Part shown: one piece after another, positions 51,264 to 63,100 of the stretch | Position numbering within the stretch: the first letter of the stretch is position 1 | How the letters are laid out: every line of letters begins with the position of its first letter | Origin: Geosiphon pyriformis uo1 | Lineage: Eukaryota; Fungi; Glomeromycota | Reading direction: 5' to 3' | Assembly: GCA_016748015.1 (NCBI GenBank) | Contig: JAAOMT010000183.1 | Location: 574,787 to 638,786, forward strand | DNA length: 64,000 nt | Translations under genes and position numbers: made by a program | The notes under the pieces: generated by a model | What the model was told of the DNA's origin: nothing | The model's database searches: none | What the model saw: the letters and a program-made list of their open reading frames with translations, nothing else

Positions 51264-51309
51264 TTTGATGCTTTCTCACAAAAATAACACAGTGACAACA
51301 ACTTCAAAA

Positions 51310-54300
51310 ATGGTAACTCAAACAGATTCAAGAACTCTAGAGTATTATCAGTCAATTTACACCCACTGCAAGCAGAGATTTAACATCCTAGACGGAATTG
51401 AAACATTCAAGAAAACACTTTACCAGTATATTGAAAATTGCATCAACAATTATTTTTTTGGAGACTACAACATTTCAGAAGTTAGACACAACTTATATGA
51501 AAGCTTAGTACATCACTCTCGTCTAAACACTCAGGATTTTAACAGTCAAACACTTGAAACATACTTCCAAGAACTCAACTTCAATATCATTCAGTATTGT
51601 GAAGAGAATTACTCAGTAGAACAGAAATTTTCTCTTAGTTTTGAATCGGAAACAGAAGAAGGAAAAGAAAAAAGGAAACAAAAACTCAGAACTACTCCCA
51701 ATACACCTAAAACCACTGCCAAACATTTACAAACTTCAGAACAAGAAACCAGCTTTAAATTACCATTCTCAATCACACCATTTCCAGCTTCACTTGCTCA
51801 ACCACAAACACCAAGCTCACCACTTATTTGGTTTTCAAATATAGAAGATTTTCAGTCACTCAAAAGCCCTATTCAACAACAGAAACCAATATTAACCAGC
51901 ACAAACCTTATTGACTACTTAGCAGAAAATCAAAGTAAAGAGACTGAATCAGAACAAAAAACAGAAGACTCAGAAAACGAAGAAGAAATGGCCTCCACAT
52001 ATATCGCAAAAATCCCTGAGTTCACAGGAGAAGACAGCAAAACCAGTCCTCAAAAATGGCTTGACAAAGTTTCAAAAGCAGAAGATACAAATGGTTGGAA
52101 TGCTGCCAGAATGTTAAAAACAATTCCATACTTCTTACAAGGAATGGCTGGTAAATGGTTTGAAAGCTTGGAAGCCCCACCAGAACACTGAGAAGCATTC
52201 AAAACTGCTTTTCTAGAACAGTTTACTGACAATAACACTTCTATTACCCTTCGAAATTGGTTCCAAAATATCAAGCAAAAACCAAGTAAATCAGTTATGA
52301 CCTATCTTGGGAAATTCAACAAACTGTTTAGAAGGATTTGCCAATTGGAAACAAATGAATATTACTCCAATGCACAAATCTTGGATCAATTTATTGCTGG
52401 ACTAAAAGACAAACTTATCAAGAAAGTTTGTCCACATGCACCAGAAGATTTAGCCACTGCTATTCAGCAGACAAAAAACTATGAAATAGCCATAGAAGAA
52501 GCCAATCATACCAAACTTGTTAACCTGGCTATTGGAGAAACCAGCTCAGCAGCTGAAGAAAAGATTGACCAATTAACGAAAAAAGTTGAGAACTACTTCA
52601 CCAACCAACAGCAACAACAACAGCCACAGTAATCACAACAACCACAAAGATACCAATCTCCACAAAGACAAAATCAAAATAACTTTGCACTACTTTCTAA
52701 TAACCAGCCTCAGAATTGCCATTACTGTGAAATCCCTGGCCACTGGAAAAGAGATTGCAGAAAGCTATAACAAGACTAACAAAATAGGAGTAACCAACAT
52801 TATCCTCCACCACAGCAATCTTATTATCAACCACCACCACCAGCTTACTATCCACCAAGACCCCAATATCAAAATAACTATTATCAGCCCACCCCACAGC
52901 CAATCCAATAGGAATACCAACAACCATCCACACAACATTATAAAGTACCTGCTCGATGATTAGTTTAACAAAACCAATTTGCATCACCAAATTGATTCAC
53001 AACAAACAACAACAGAGTCAACCCAAATAACCAATTGGTTCCCCAAAATTCAACTCAACCAAGACCCAACCACTATTATACTTAACTTAATTATCTTACA
53101 ATGCCAGAAGAACAGAATTTTTGCCATACTGCACTCTCAGAAAGTAGAGCTGCAGCACAACAACAAAACTCTTTCCATACTCCTACCACAATCCCACCAG
53201 CCAGAATTGCTGAAAATGCCAATCTTTCAGATATATTCTCTTTTGAATTTGAAGCAAATGAATCACCATTCTTGCTTAGCAATACAGTGGCTAATGAGCA
53301 AAAAGCCATCACTACAATGTACACAGAAGCTAAAGTAGAAGGAAAGCCAATTCATTTGATCCTAGACAGTAAATCCGCTAGAAGCATTATCACATATCAA
53401 TTGATGCAACAGCTAAAAAAAAATGTTGACCGACCAGTTCAGACAATCATTGTCACTGCCGATGGCATAAAAAAGACTCCAGTAGGAGAAATTGACAACT
53501 TCCCATTCACAATTAACAGAATCACTATTCCAGTCAAAGTTCTGGTCATGGATGCTCCCCAATACCAAGCTCTTGTCAGAAACAATTGGCTCCAAAAAGC
53601 CAATGCTAATCTGAATTGGGAGACACAAGAGTTAACAATCTCCTACCAAGGACAACACATCTGAGTACCTGCCACTTATAGTATATTCAACAAATGCTCT
53701 GAAAAAGCCCCGGCTTTTGAATTTGAGCCAGAAAAAGAAAAACCAATAATTGAAACATTCATGGCTCTTAGATTAACATCTAATTGGGCCGATAAAACTG
53801 AACAAAAACATTTCACTTCAAACTTCAAACCCAAAACTCCTGGATAGAATATCCCCTACTTAAAGCCTGAACCAAGGAAATGACGCCCCTACATTCCTCT
53901 TAAATGCAAAGACTGCAACAAAAAGCTTTTGTCAATGAGAGCTTGTATTTCACCTGAGAAAAAATATGAAAATCACACCTGCTATTATTGTAATGTCTGC
54001 TATTAAGAACAATAGAGCCACTTGATCAAAAGAAGTGGAAAATGGAATGAAACACCCTGTCTTACTTGTGGAAAACAGCTTCCTGACGAATGTGACTGGA
54101 TTGACATTGCATTTAGAGGAGGAGTCTGTGATCAAACTTGTTAATATGCTCTTTTTATTGTAAAAAAAGTAAAATGTGGAACACCTTTTAATGCTGTATA
54201 TAACAGCGCCCTCAACAAACTCTATCACTACCCTCATGATGCCGAAATGATCTATGAACTTGCCATAATCTTAATTAATAGAGGAACAAAAGAAGATGTC

Positions 54301-55304
54301 CTCCAAATGAAAGAAGCTGAATATATCGAATATACCTTAGAATTAGCTGAATTCAATTATGAAAATGAAGTAGAAGTATACTATTAAATCACAAGTTATA
54401 TCTATCCGACCAAAAAAGCTCAAGCTTAACGGCTAGAGCAAATAAACATTAAATTATATAAGGAATGCATAATGCCTTGTGATGAACAATGGTGTTCTGA
54501 ATGCTATGCCCTTAACATTTCATTACCAAGTGAAAGTAACAAATATAAAATCGAATTTGGTGAACTTAAAGCAACAGAAAAAATTGAAATAACACCTGTC
54601 TATCTTATAGAAAGTCAATCTGCTTTACAGCTTAAATACTTCAACAACAATGGACAAAGAATAAAGCCTGAAAAAGCACATGAAATTGATGCTGGATATG
54701 ATCTACGATATCCAGGAAAAGATACTTTGGTTCTTCAACCAAATTTTCTTACCAAGATCAACCTCAAAATTGCCCTCGAAATCCCACCAGGAGCAATGGT
54801 TCAAATCGCTTCATGATCATCATTGGCAAGCAAAGGAATCAATATTAGAGGAAAAATCATAGATGCTGGATATACAGAAGACATTACAATCATGTTACAA
54901 AATGAAACCAATAAACTTTTTCAGATTGAACATACTGAAAAAATTGCTCAAGCTATTTATTTACTTTTAATTAATATTTCAGGTTTATAATTAATCAGTC
55001 AAAGAGAACAATTGAGAAAAAGTGAAAGAGGAACCAAAGATTTTGGTTCAACTGGATAATTTACAGTTCCAGTAAACATAGCTCTTAACAAACAAAATGA
55101 ATCTTACCAGATTCTACGACTTCTACAACCAATTATTATTTCACCTTTTGGAGAACATCCAGAAATCTACATCTGTCCAAAGCCAATAACCACACAACAA
55201 ATTTTTGAGTCCAACGAACAAATTTGCTTGGAACATAATATCTCGATTCTAAATATTTACATTCTAGAAGGAACAAAAAAAGTTCGAGTTACTTTTTACA
55301 ACCC
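51310..55304 (+). pseudogene. gag: E gag-PR-Cys-dUTPase, single reading frame with stops
   Basis: ORF pieces at 51265, 52297, 53101 and 54472 share one frame; YIAKIPEFTGE, CHYCEIPGHWKRDC (52717-52758), LILDSKSARSII, DAGYDLRY. Confidence 0.9.
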
Positions 55305-55449
55305 TTGAAAATTTAATACATTGGAAAGTTCACAGAACTGGAATTTCAAAAATTTTCAGACCAAATTTCTTCAATAATCTTGAATTACTATCTGGAAATT
55401 ACAGACAGTACTTGGACTTCGACGGAGCTCAGTCTTGAGGAGGAGGTTA

Positions 55450-55875
55450 TGTTACCAGACAAAATTAGAGATATTGCTTAGCATGAAATTACCCTTATAA
55501 TTCTTATCATTTCAAATTATTACTTATTACATTAGCAAAATATCCGAAATTATCATTTAATTAATAATCCAATTTGTACATAACACAAATGTAACCTAAT
55601 TGCGATGATTAATCATGCAATACCCCGAACTATGTAATATTCAAAAAGTTTGTAGAAATTTGTAGAAATTTGTCAAAATAATTGATAGTTCACCAAAATA
55701 TCTAATGGTTCGCAGAAATAACTTGTAGTTCACCAAGATGTATCTTTAGTTCAGCAAAATTGTAAAAAAGAGCAAGTTCAAGTTCATAGAATAGTGTTAT
55801 AACAAGTTGTATAAAAGAAGAGCTTCTTTCTTCGAAAAAATGTATCTTACTTTAGATTTATTACTTAGAACCATT
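55450..55875 (+). repeat. 3' LTR of E (partial)
   Basis: Matches 50305-50730. Confidence 0.9.
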
Positions 55876-57520
55876 NNNNNNNNNNNNNNNNNNNNNNNNN
55901 NNNNNNNNNNNNNNNNNNNNNNNNNNNNNNNNNNNNNNNNNNNNNNNNNNNNNNNNNNNNNNNNNNNNNNNNNNNNNNNNNNNNNNNNNNNNNNNNNNNN
56001 NNNNNNNNNNNNNNNNNNNNNNNNNNNNNNNNNNNNNNNNNNNNNNNNNNNNNNNNNNNNNNNNNNNNNNNNNNNNNNNNNNNNNNNNNNNNNNNNNNNN
56101 NNNNNNNNNNNNNNNNNNNNNNNNNNNNNNNNNNNNNNNNNNNNNNNNNNNNNNNNNNNNNNNNNNNNNNNNNNNNNNNNNNNNNNNNNNNNNNNNNNNN
56201 NNNNNNNNNNNNNNNNNNNNNNNNNNNNNNNNNNNNNNNNNNNNNNNNNNNNNNNNNNNNNNNNNNNNNNNNNNNNNNNNNNNNNNNNNNNNNNNNNNNN
56301 NNNNNNNNNNNNNNNNNNNNNNNNNNNNNNNNNNNNNNNNNNNNNNNNNNNNNNNNNNNNNNNNNNNNNNNNNNNNNNNNNNNNNNNNNNNNNNNNNNNN
56401 NNNNNNNNNNNNNNNNNNNNNNNNNNNNNNNNNNNNNNNNNNNNNNNNNNNNNNNNNNNNNNNNNNNNNNNNNNNNNNNNNNNNNNNNNNNNNNNNNNNN
56501 NNNNNNNNNNNNNNNNNNNNNNNNNNNNNNNNNNNNNNNNNNNNNNNNNNNNNNNNNNNNNNNNNNNNNNNNNNNNNNNNNNNNNNNNNNNNNNNNNNNN
56601 NNNNNNNNNNNNNNNNNNNNNNNNNNNNNNNNNNNNNNNNNNNNNNNNNNNNNNNNNNNNNNNGAAGAATTGACTTTCACAGCAAAGTAACTACACATTT
56701 TTAGTGAGCTTCCAGATGAGCAATTTCTGGAAAAGAGTTGACATTTACTACAATGTAACTACATAAAGTAACTGGCAAGGAATTGGTCATTCCACTTATA
56801 CGCCCAGCAGTTCAAATTATAGGAGATAATTTGAAGATAAATTCAGTTATTAGAGGTTCAACTATCNNNNNNNNNNNNNNNNNNNNNNNNNNNNNNNNNN
56901 NNNNNNNNNNNNNNNNNNNNNNNNNNNNNNNNNNNNNNNNNNNNNNNNNNNNNNNNNNNNNNNNNNNNNNNNNNNNNNNNNNNNNNNNNNNNNNNNNNNN
57001 NNNNNNNNNNNNNNNNNNNNNNNNNNNNNNNNNNNNNNNNNNNNNNNNNNNNNNNNNNNNNNNNNNNNNNNNNNNNNNNNNNNNNNNNNNNNNNNNNNNN
57101 NNNNNNNNNNNNNNNNNNNNNNNNNNNNNNNNNNNNNNNNNNNNNNNNNNNNNNNNNNNNNNNNNNNNNNNNNNNNNNNNNNNNNNNNNNNNNNNNNNNN
57201 NNNNNNNNNNNNNNNNNNNNNNNNNNNNNNNNNNNNNNNNNNNNNNNNNNNNNNNNNNNNNNNNNNNNNNNNNNNNNNNNNNNNNNNNNNNNNNNNNNNN
57301 NNNNNNNNNNNNNNNNNNNNNNNNNNNNNNNNNNNNNNNNNNNNNNNNNNNNNNNNNNNNNNNNNNNNNNNNNNNNNNNNNNNNNNNNNNNNNNNNNNNN
57401 NNNNNNNNNNNNNNNNNNNNNNNNNNNNNNNNNNNNNNNNNNNNNNNNNNNNNNNNNNNNNNNNNNNNNNNNNNNNNNNNNNNNNNNNNNNNNNNNNNNN
57501 NNNNNNNNNNNNNNNNNNNN
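55876..57520. other. Two assembly gaps (55876-56663, 56867-57520)
   Basis: N runs. Confidence 0.99.
56664..56866 (+). repeat. A/E/F-family LTR fragment between two gaps
   Basis: Matches the distal part of the A and E LTRs; which copy it belongs to is unresolved. Confidence 0.8.
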
Positions 57521-57899
57521 CTTGAAGAGAAAAGCTCTTTTTTTTTACAACTTGTTGTAGTACTAGTCTATGAACTTGCACTTTTTCTCTTTGCTCAAAT
57601 TTCAGCAAACTAAAGATACATTTTGATGAACTACAAGTTATTTCGCTGAACTATTGATTAATTTGGGTGAACTATTCATAATTTCGGCAAATTTCTGTAA
57701 ATTTCGGCGAATTTTAGAATGTTACAAAGTTCAGAGTATTGTGTAATTTAATCATCCTACTTTCTGTTATACTAATTAGATTATTTTAATTGAATCGTGA
57801 TATGTGATAATTGATTAAATAATAAATGATAATTTGAAATGATATTAATATACTAATTAATTATAGGAATTATAAGGGTAATTTCATGTTAATTAATAG

Positions 57900-58607
57900 C
57901 TAAAATTCTACTGGTAACATAATCTTCTCTTCAAGACTGAGCTCTGTCGAAGTCCAAGTACTATCTGTAATATTAAGATAGTAATCCAAAATAATTGAAG
58001 TAATCTGGTCTGAAAATTGTTGAAATTTCAGTTCTGTGAGTTTGCCAATATATTGGACTTTTATTGGTTGCAGTATTGGATTTTGTAGAACATTTTCACA
58101 AGTATTAAACAAATCATAGAGTCTAAAAGCTGCTCTAAGTTTATAGCAAGTGTTTGTTGGTCCAGCTGCTGTTTTGAATTCATTGTGGATTTGTTTTTGT
58201 ATAGCTTCAGGAGTGAGATTTGTTGCTTCAAGTTCTATTTTTCATTCATAAAGTGTCTTTCCAATGTGAAAGTATTTATAGATAGAGATGTGTTCATTGT
58301 TTTGTTCATTGAGAAGTAGTAAAAATTTTTGTTGCATTGTAGCATTTGGTGGAATGTCAATAAGGGCAATTAAAAGATTTTCTTCTAATGCTTGCTTCAA
58401 AAGTTTTGGTAACCTATTTTCAGAGTAACTTCTTGTTTTTCTTCTATAAGAGTGATAGTTCTGTGAATAATTTGCTATTGAGGCTGTGATTTCTTTCTGA
58501 ATGTAATTAATTTGACTTCCATTAATCGTTATGGATAAGTCAGAAAGTGTTTTCAAGGCTAACATTAACTTTTGGGATATTTGTTGAATATTTCGGGAAA
58601 TAATCAT
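57900..58607 (-). pseudogene. F ORF3, one internal stop (CGA>TGA at 58242-58244)
   Basis: Same length as, and closely similar to, A ORF3. Confidence 0.85.
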
Positions 58608-58746
58608 AATAAAATTTACTAATTATGAAAAGAGAAAATAAAGAAAATTATTTTTGGGATATGGGGTTTTTATTTGTTTTTGGGTGTTTTTGTAATTTAT
58701 TTACTATTTTTGTCTTTGTGTTTTTATTAGAGAATTATTGTAAAAT

Positions 58747-60127
58747 TTAAGTGTTCAAGTTTGGTTGTTGTTCTATTATAATTATTGGTTCTAAATTTCG
58801 GGGAATATCTTCAGAATTAATTAAAGAGGAATGTGTACCAATTTGTGGAATTAATGGTTCAGGATTGTTTCTGGAATAATAGTGTTTTAATCTGTCTCCA
58901 TGTACAACTTTTGCTAGTATTTTGTCATCAAGTTTTAACTTGTATGATCCATTGCCTAGAATTTCATGAATATAAAATGGTCCATCCCATTTGTTTTTAA
59001 ATTTCCCACTTTATTGTTTTTCAGCCTTAGTCTGTGTAAGAGAACTTTATTTCCAACTTTAAATTCGTTGGTAATAGGTGGTAATTTGTTGTCATGTCTT
59101 TTTTGTTGAGCTTGAGAATGTTCAATATGAGTTGCTGCTATTCTTCTTTTTTCTTCCAGTGTACTAAGAAGAGTGTAGGCTTTTCTTTGGTGTGTTTCTT
59201 GAAAGTTTTCTTCATTGATTGGTTGCACTGGGTATGTTTCCACTGTAAAATTAATTGGTAATATTGCTGTTCTTTCATAAATTAAATCAAATGGTGTGTG
59301 TTTTGTAGTATCTTGTTTTAGCGTTCTGTATGCTAGTAATACTGATGAAATAAAGATATCTCATTCCTGCTTAAAGTCTGTTGAGACTTTGGCTAGAGAT
59401 TCACACAATGTTCTGTTAAAACATTCTACAAGTTCATTTGTTTGAGGGTAATAAGGTGATGATAGAGGTCTTTTGACATTGAACTGTTCACAAATTTTTT
59501 GTATCAAGTTGTTCACAAAATGTGTTCCTTGATCAGATAAGAGTTCAATTGGACATCTATGTCTACAGATAATGTCTTCATAGATGAAATTTGCTACTGA
59601 TTTTGCATCTGCTCTTTGGATGGCTCTAGTTTCAGACCATTTGGTAAAATAATCCACTGCAACTGCAATATAACGATTTCCTTGGGTTGTGATAGGTAAT
59701 GGTCTGACTAAATCAATTCCAACTCTGTCAAAAAATTGTCCAACTTTGATTGGATTTAAAGATTCTGTGGGGCAAGTTCTTCCTCTTCTTTGACAACTAT
59801 CACAAGATTCTATATATTGTCAAATGTCTTTTTACATGTAAGGCCAAAAATAATGTTCAAGAGTTTTTTGAATTGTTCCATTTCTTCCCAAGTGTGCTGA
59901 AGAAGGATCTGTGTGCATGTTGTATAGAATTGTTTCTTTTTCATTTTCCTGTACTAATCTGAGTGGTTGGTTTGGGTTTTTACAATTTTTGTAATATATT
60001 TTGTTATGGTGTATAAAATATTGTTTGGATTGGTGTTGTAATTAATGTTTTCACTTGGAGACCAATTTTCTGGCATGGTGAGAGTCTTCAAATAGTTTTT
60101 GATGTTGTTGTAGTTTTCTGAATCTAT
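58747..60127 (-). pseudogene. F integrase, separate from the RNase H frame
   Basis: DYFTKW, LLSDQGTHF, PQTNELVE and WDGPFYI; collinear with A integrase. Confidence 0.9.
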
Positions 60128-60194
60128 TGTTGTTGATCTTGTTGTTTGTTTTGCTGTTAAGTTTGTTGGTGTTTTGTTGGTGTTGATATTGGTA

Positions 60195-63100
60195 TTAATA
60201 TTGTCTCATTCTTGAGAGGCTATCAACATTGGTGTGTAGTTTTCCTGGTTTGTAATGTACAATGTATCTGTAGTCTGTTAGGAAGTCATTCCATTGAGAC
60301 TGTTTGGCACTTTGTTCAGTTTTCTTTTTATTAAGCCATTTGAGGCCAATATTGTCAGTTATTATGTCAAATTCTTTTCCATTCTTCAGGTATTGTTGAA
60401 AGTGTTTGAGAGCCCAAATGACTGCAGTGGCTTCTAATTCAGTTAAGCCATATTTGAGTTCTGTTGGCTTAAGTGTTCTGCTGGCATAGACAATAACTTG
60501 TTCCTGGCTATTTTCATCCAATTGTGATAAGATGGCACCAAATGCTATGTGTGAAGCATCAGTGGCTAATTGGAATTGTTTGTTGAAGTCTGGGTAAGCA
60601 AGAACTGGGGCTGTTGTCAATTTTGTTTTGAGAGTTTCAAAAGCTTTTTGTTGTTCTTCAGTCTATTTGTATAGTACATTTTTGTTGGTAAGATAATTGA
60701 GTGGTTTGGCAATTTTTGAGAATCCTTTTATGAACTTTTGATAGTAAGAGACTAATCCTACAAATTCTCTTAGTTCTGTAGTATTTCTGGGGGTTTGAAA
60801 GTTTTTGACAGCACTAATTATTTCTGGATTTGGTTTGACTCCATCTTTACTAACTATGTGTCCAAGAAAGATCAAGCTTGTTTTTTTAAAATGACATTTC
60901 TCAATGTTTAACTTTAATCCTGCTTTCCATAATCATTAAAAAACTTCTCGCATGTAAATGAGATGAATTTCAAAGCTTGGTAAGTATACATTAATGTTAT
61001 CAAGATAGACAATTACTGATTGCCACAAGAGTTCTTCATATACAACATCCATGAGTTGCTGGTGCATTGCAGAGTCCAAAAGACATAACATTAAACTCAT
61101 AGTTTCCTCCCTGGGTGGTAAATGCTGTTTTGGGCTGGTCTTTTGGATCCATTTCGACTTGCCAGTATCCACTTTTCAAGTCTAAAGTTGAGAAGAACTT
61201 GGCTTTTCTTAGAGCATCTAGCATGTCATCAATTCTTGGAAGAGGGTAGACATCTTCAATTGTAACACTATTCAGTTGTCTATAATCAACACAGAATCTG
61301 ATTTTTTTGTTTTTCTTTTTAACTAAAACTACTGGTGAGGCCCAAGGACTTCTTGATGGTTGAATCAATCCGTTATTGAGCATTCTTTGGACCTCTTCTC
61401 TGATGAATTGGTGGCTGGCAGGTGGCACTCAATAAGCTTGTTGATGTTTTAGTGGAGCATCTCCTGTATGGATCTGATGTTGAACAATGTTTGTTTTTCC
61501 CAAGTCATTGTTGTTTTTTGCAAATATATCTGCAAATTCAGCTATCAATTGTTTCAATTGTCTTTGTTGTTGAGGTTCTAAGGGACCCATGTTGATTTGA
61601 GAGAGTTTTTCTTCCAAAAAGTGGTAGTTTTCAGTGGTGAGAATAATATTTAGATTTGGGAGTAGAGTGTGCCTTACAATTTCGATGAAATTAAAAACAA
61701 TTTGAAGGTTTTCATCTTGAAAAATATTGCTGTGTATGATTCCAATCTCTAGTTTGTTTAATAAGACAATAGGGTAATTATTGGGGTTGTAGAATGTAAC
61801 TCAAAATTTTTTCATTCTTTTGGGAATATAAACATTTGGAATTAAGATTTCATGCTTCAAACAGATTTGTTCATTGGATTTAAAGATTTGTTGTGTAGTG
61901 GTGGGTTTTGAGCAAGTGTAAATTTCGTGATGTTCTCCAAAAAGTGAAATGGTAATTGGCTGGAAAAGTTGAAGAATCTGGTGAGATTCATTTTGTGTAT
62001 TAAGAGCTATGTTTACTGGAACTGTAAATCGTTCAGTTGAACCAAAATCTTGAGTTCTTCTTTCACTTTTTCCCAATTGTTCTCTGTTGTTTACTGATTG
62101 TAATCTCGAAATGTTAATTAAGAGTAAGTAAATTGCTTGAGCAATTTTTTCAGCATGTTCAATTTTGAATGGTTTGTCCGTCTCATTCTGTAATATAATG
62201 GTAATGTCTCTAGTGTATCCTGCATCTATAACTTCTCCTTTAATATTAATTTCTTTGCTTAACAATGATGATCTGAAGGCAATTTGAACTATTGCTTCTG
62301 GTGGAATTTCAAGAGCAATTTTGAGATTGATTTTTGTCAAGGACTTTGGTTGGAGAACCAAAGTATCTTTTCCTGGGTATCTTAGATCATATCCAGTATC
62401 AATTTCGTGTGTTTTTTCTGGTCTGATTCCTTGGCCATGGTTGTCAAAATATTTAAGTTGTAGAGATGGTTGCTTTTCAAGAAGATAGATGAGGGTGGTT
62501 GGTAGTTCTTCTACTAGTTCAAATACTCCAAATTCGATTTTATTTTCATCATTCTTATCTGGCAGAGGAATGCTAAGAGCATAACATTCTAAACACCATT
62601 GGTCATCACAAAGCATAACACATTTTTCACACAATTGAATGTTCATTTGCTCTAATCATTGAATTTAAGCTTCTTTGGTCAGATATGTGTGGCTTGCAAT
62701 TTGGTAATAGGTTTCTACTTTATCTTCATAATCAAATCCAGCTAATTCCATAGTATACTCAATATATTCAGCTTCTTTCATTTGGCAGACATCTTCTTGG
62801 GTGGCTCTATTAATCAATGCCATTGCTAGGTCAAAAATTATTTCAGCATCATAAGGATAGTGGTAAAGTTTATTAAGAGCACTGTTGTATGTTGCATCAA
62901 ATGGTATTCTTTTTCTGACTTTTTCCGAAATTGATAGAGCATATTGACAGGTTTGATTACATACTTCTTCTCTCATTGCTACATCAATCCAATTGCATTC
63001 TTCTGGTAGCATTTCTCCACATGTAAGACAAGGTGTATTGTCCCATTTTCCACTTCTTTTTGGAGATCCAAATTGTTCTCTATGACATGCTTTGCAAAAG

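Larger units (their letters stand above)
50305..55875 (+). mobile_element. Element E: A-related element lacking RT-RNase H-IN; 3' LTR runs into a gap
   Basis: 5' LTR 50305-51263, PBS-like TGATGCTTTCTC, gag-PR-Cys-dUTPase, jump to ORF3 tail at ~55300, PPT GAGGAGGAGG, 3' LTR from 55450. Confidence 0.9.

Noticed and set aside
55807-57613. Long ORFs in the track, and the poly-K/poly-F ORFs at 48437-49138
   Set aside because: Their length is an artefact of N runs and a gap-adjacent homopolymer; only the dUTPase part of 48437-48767 is real D sequence.
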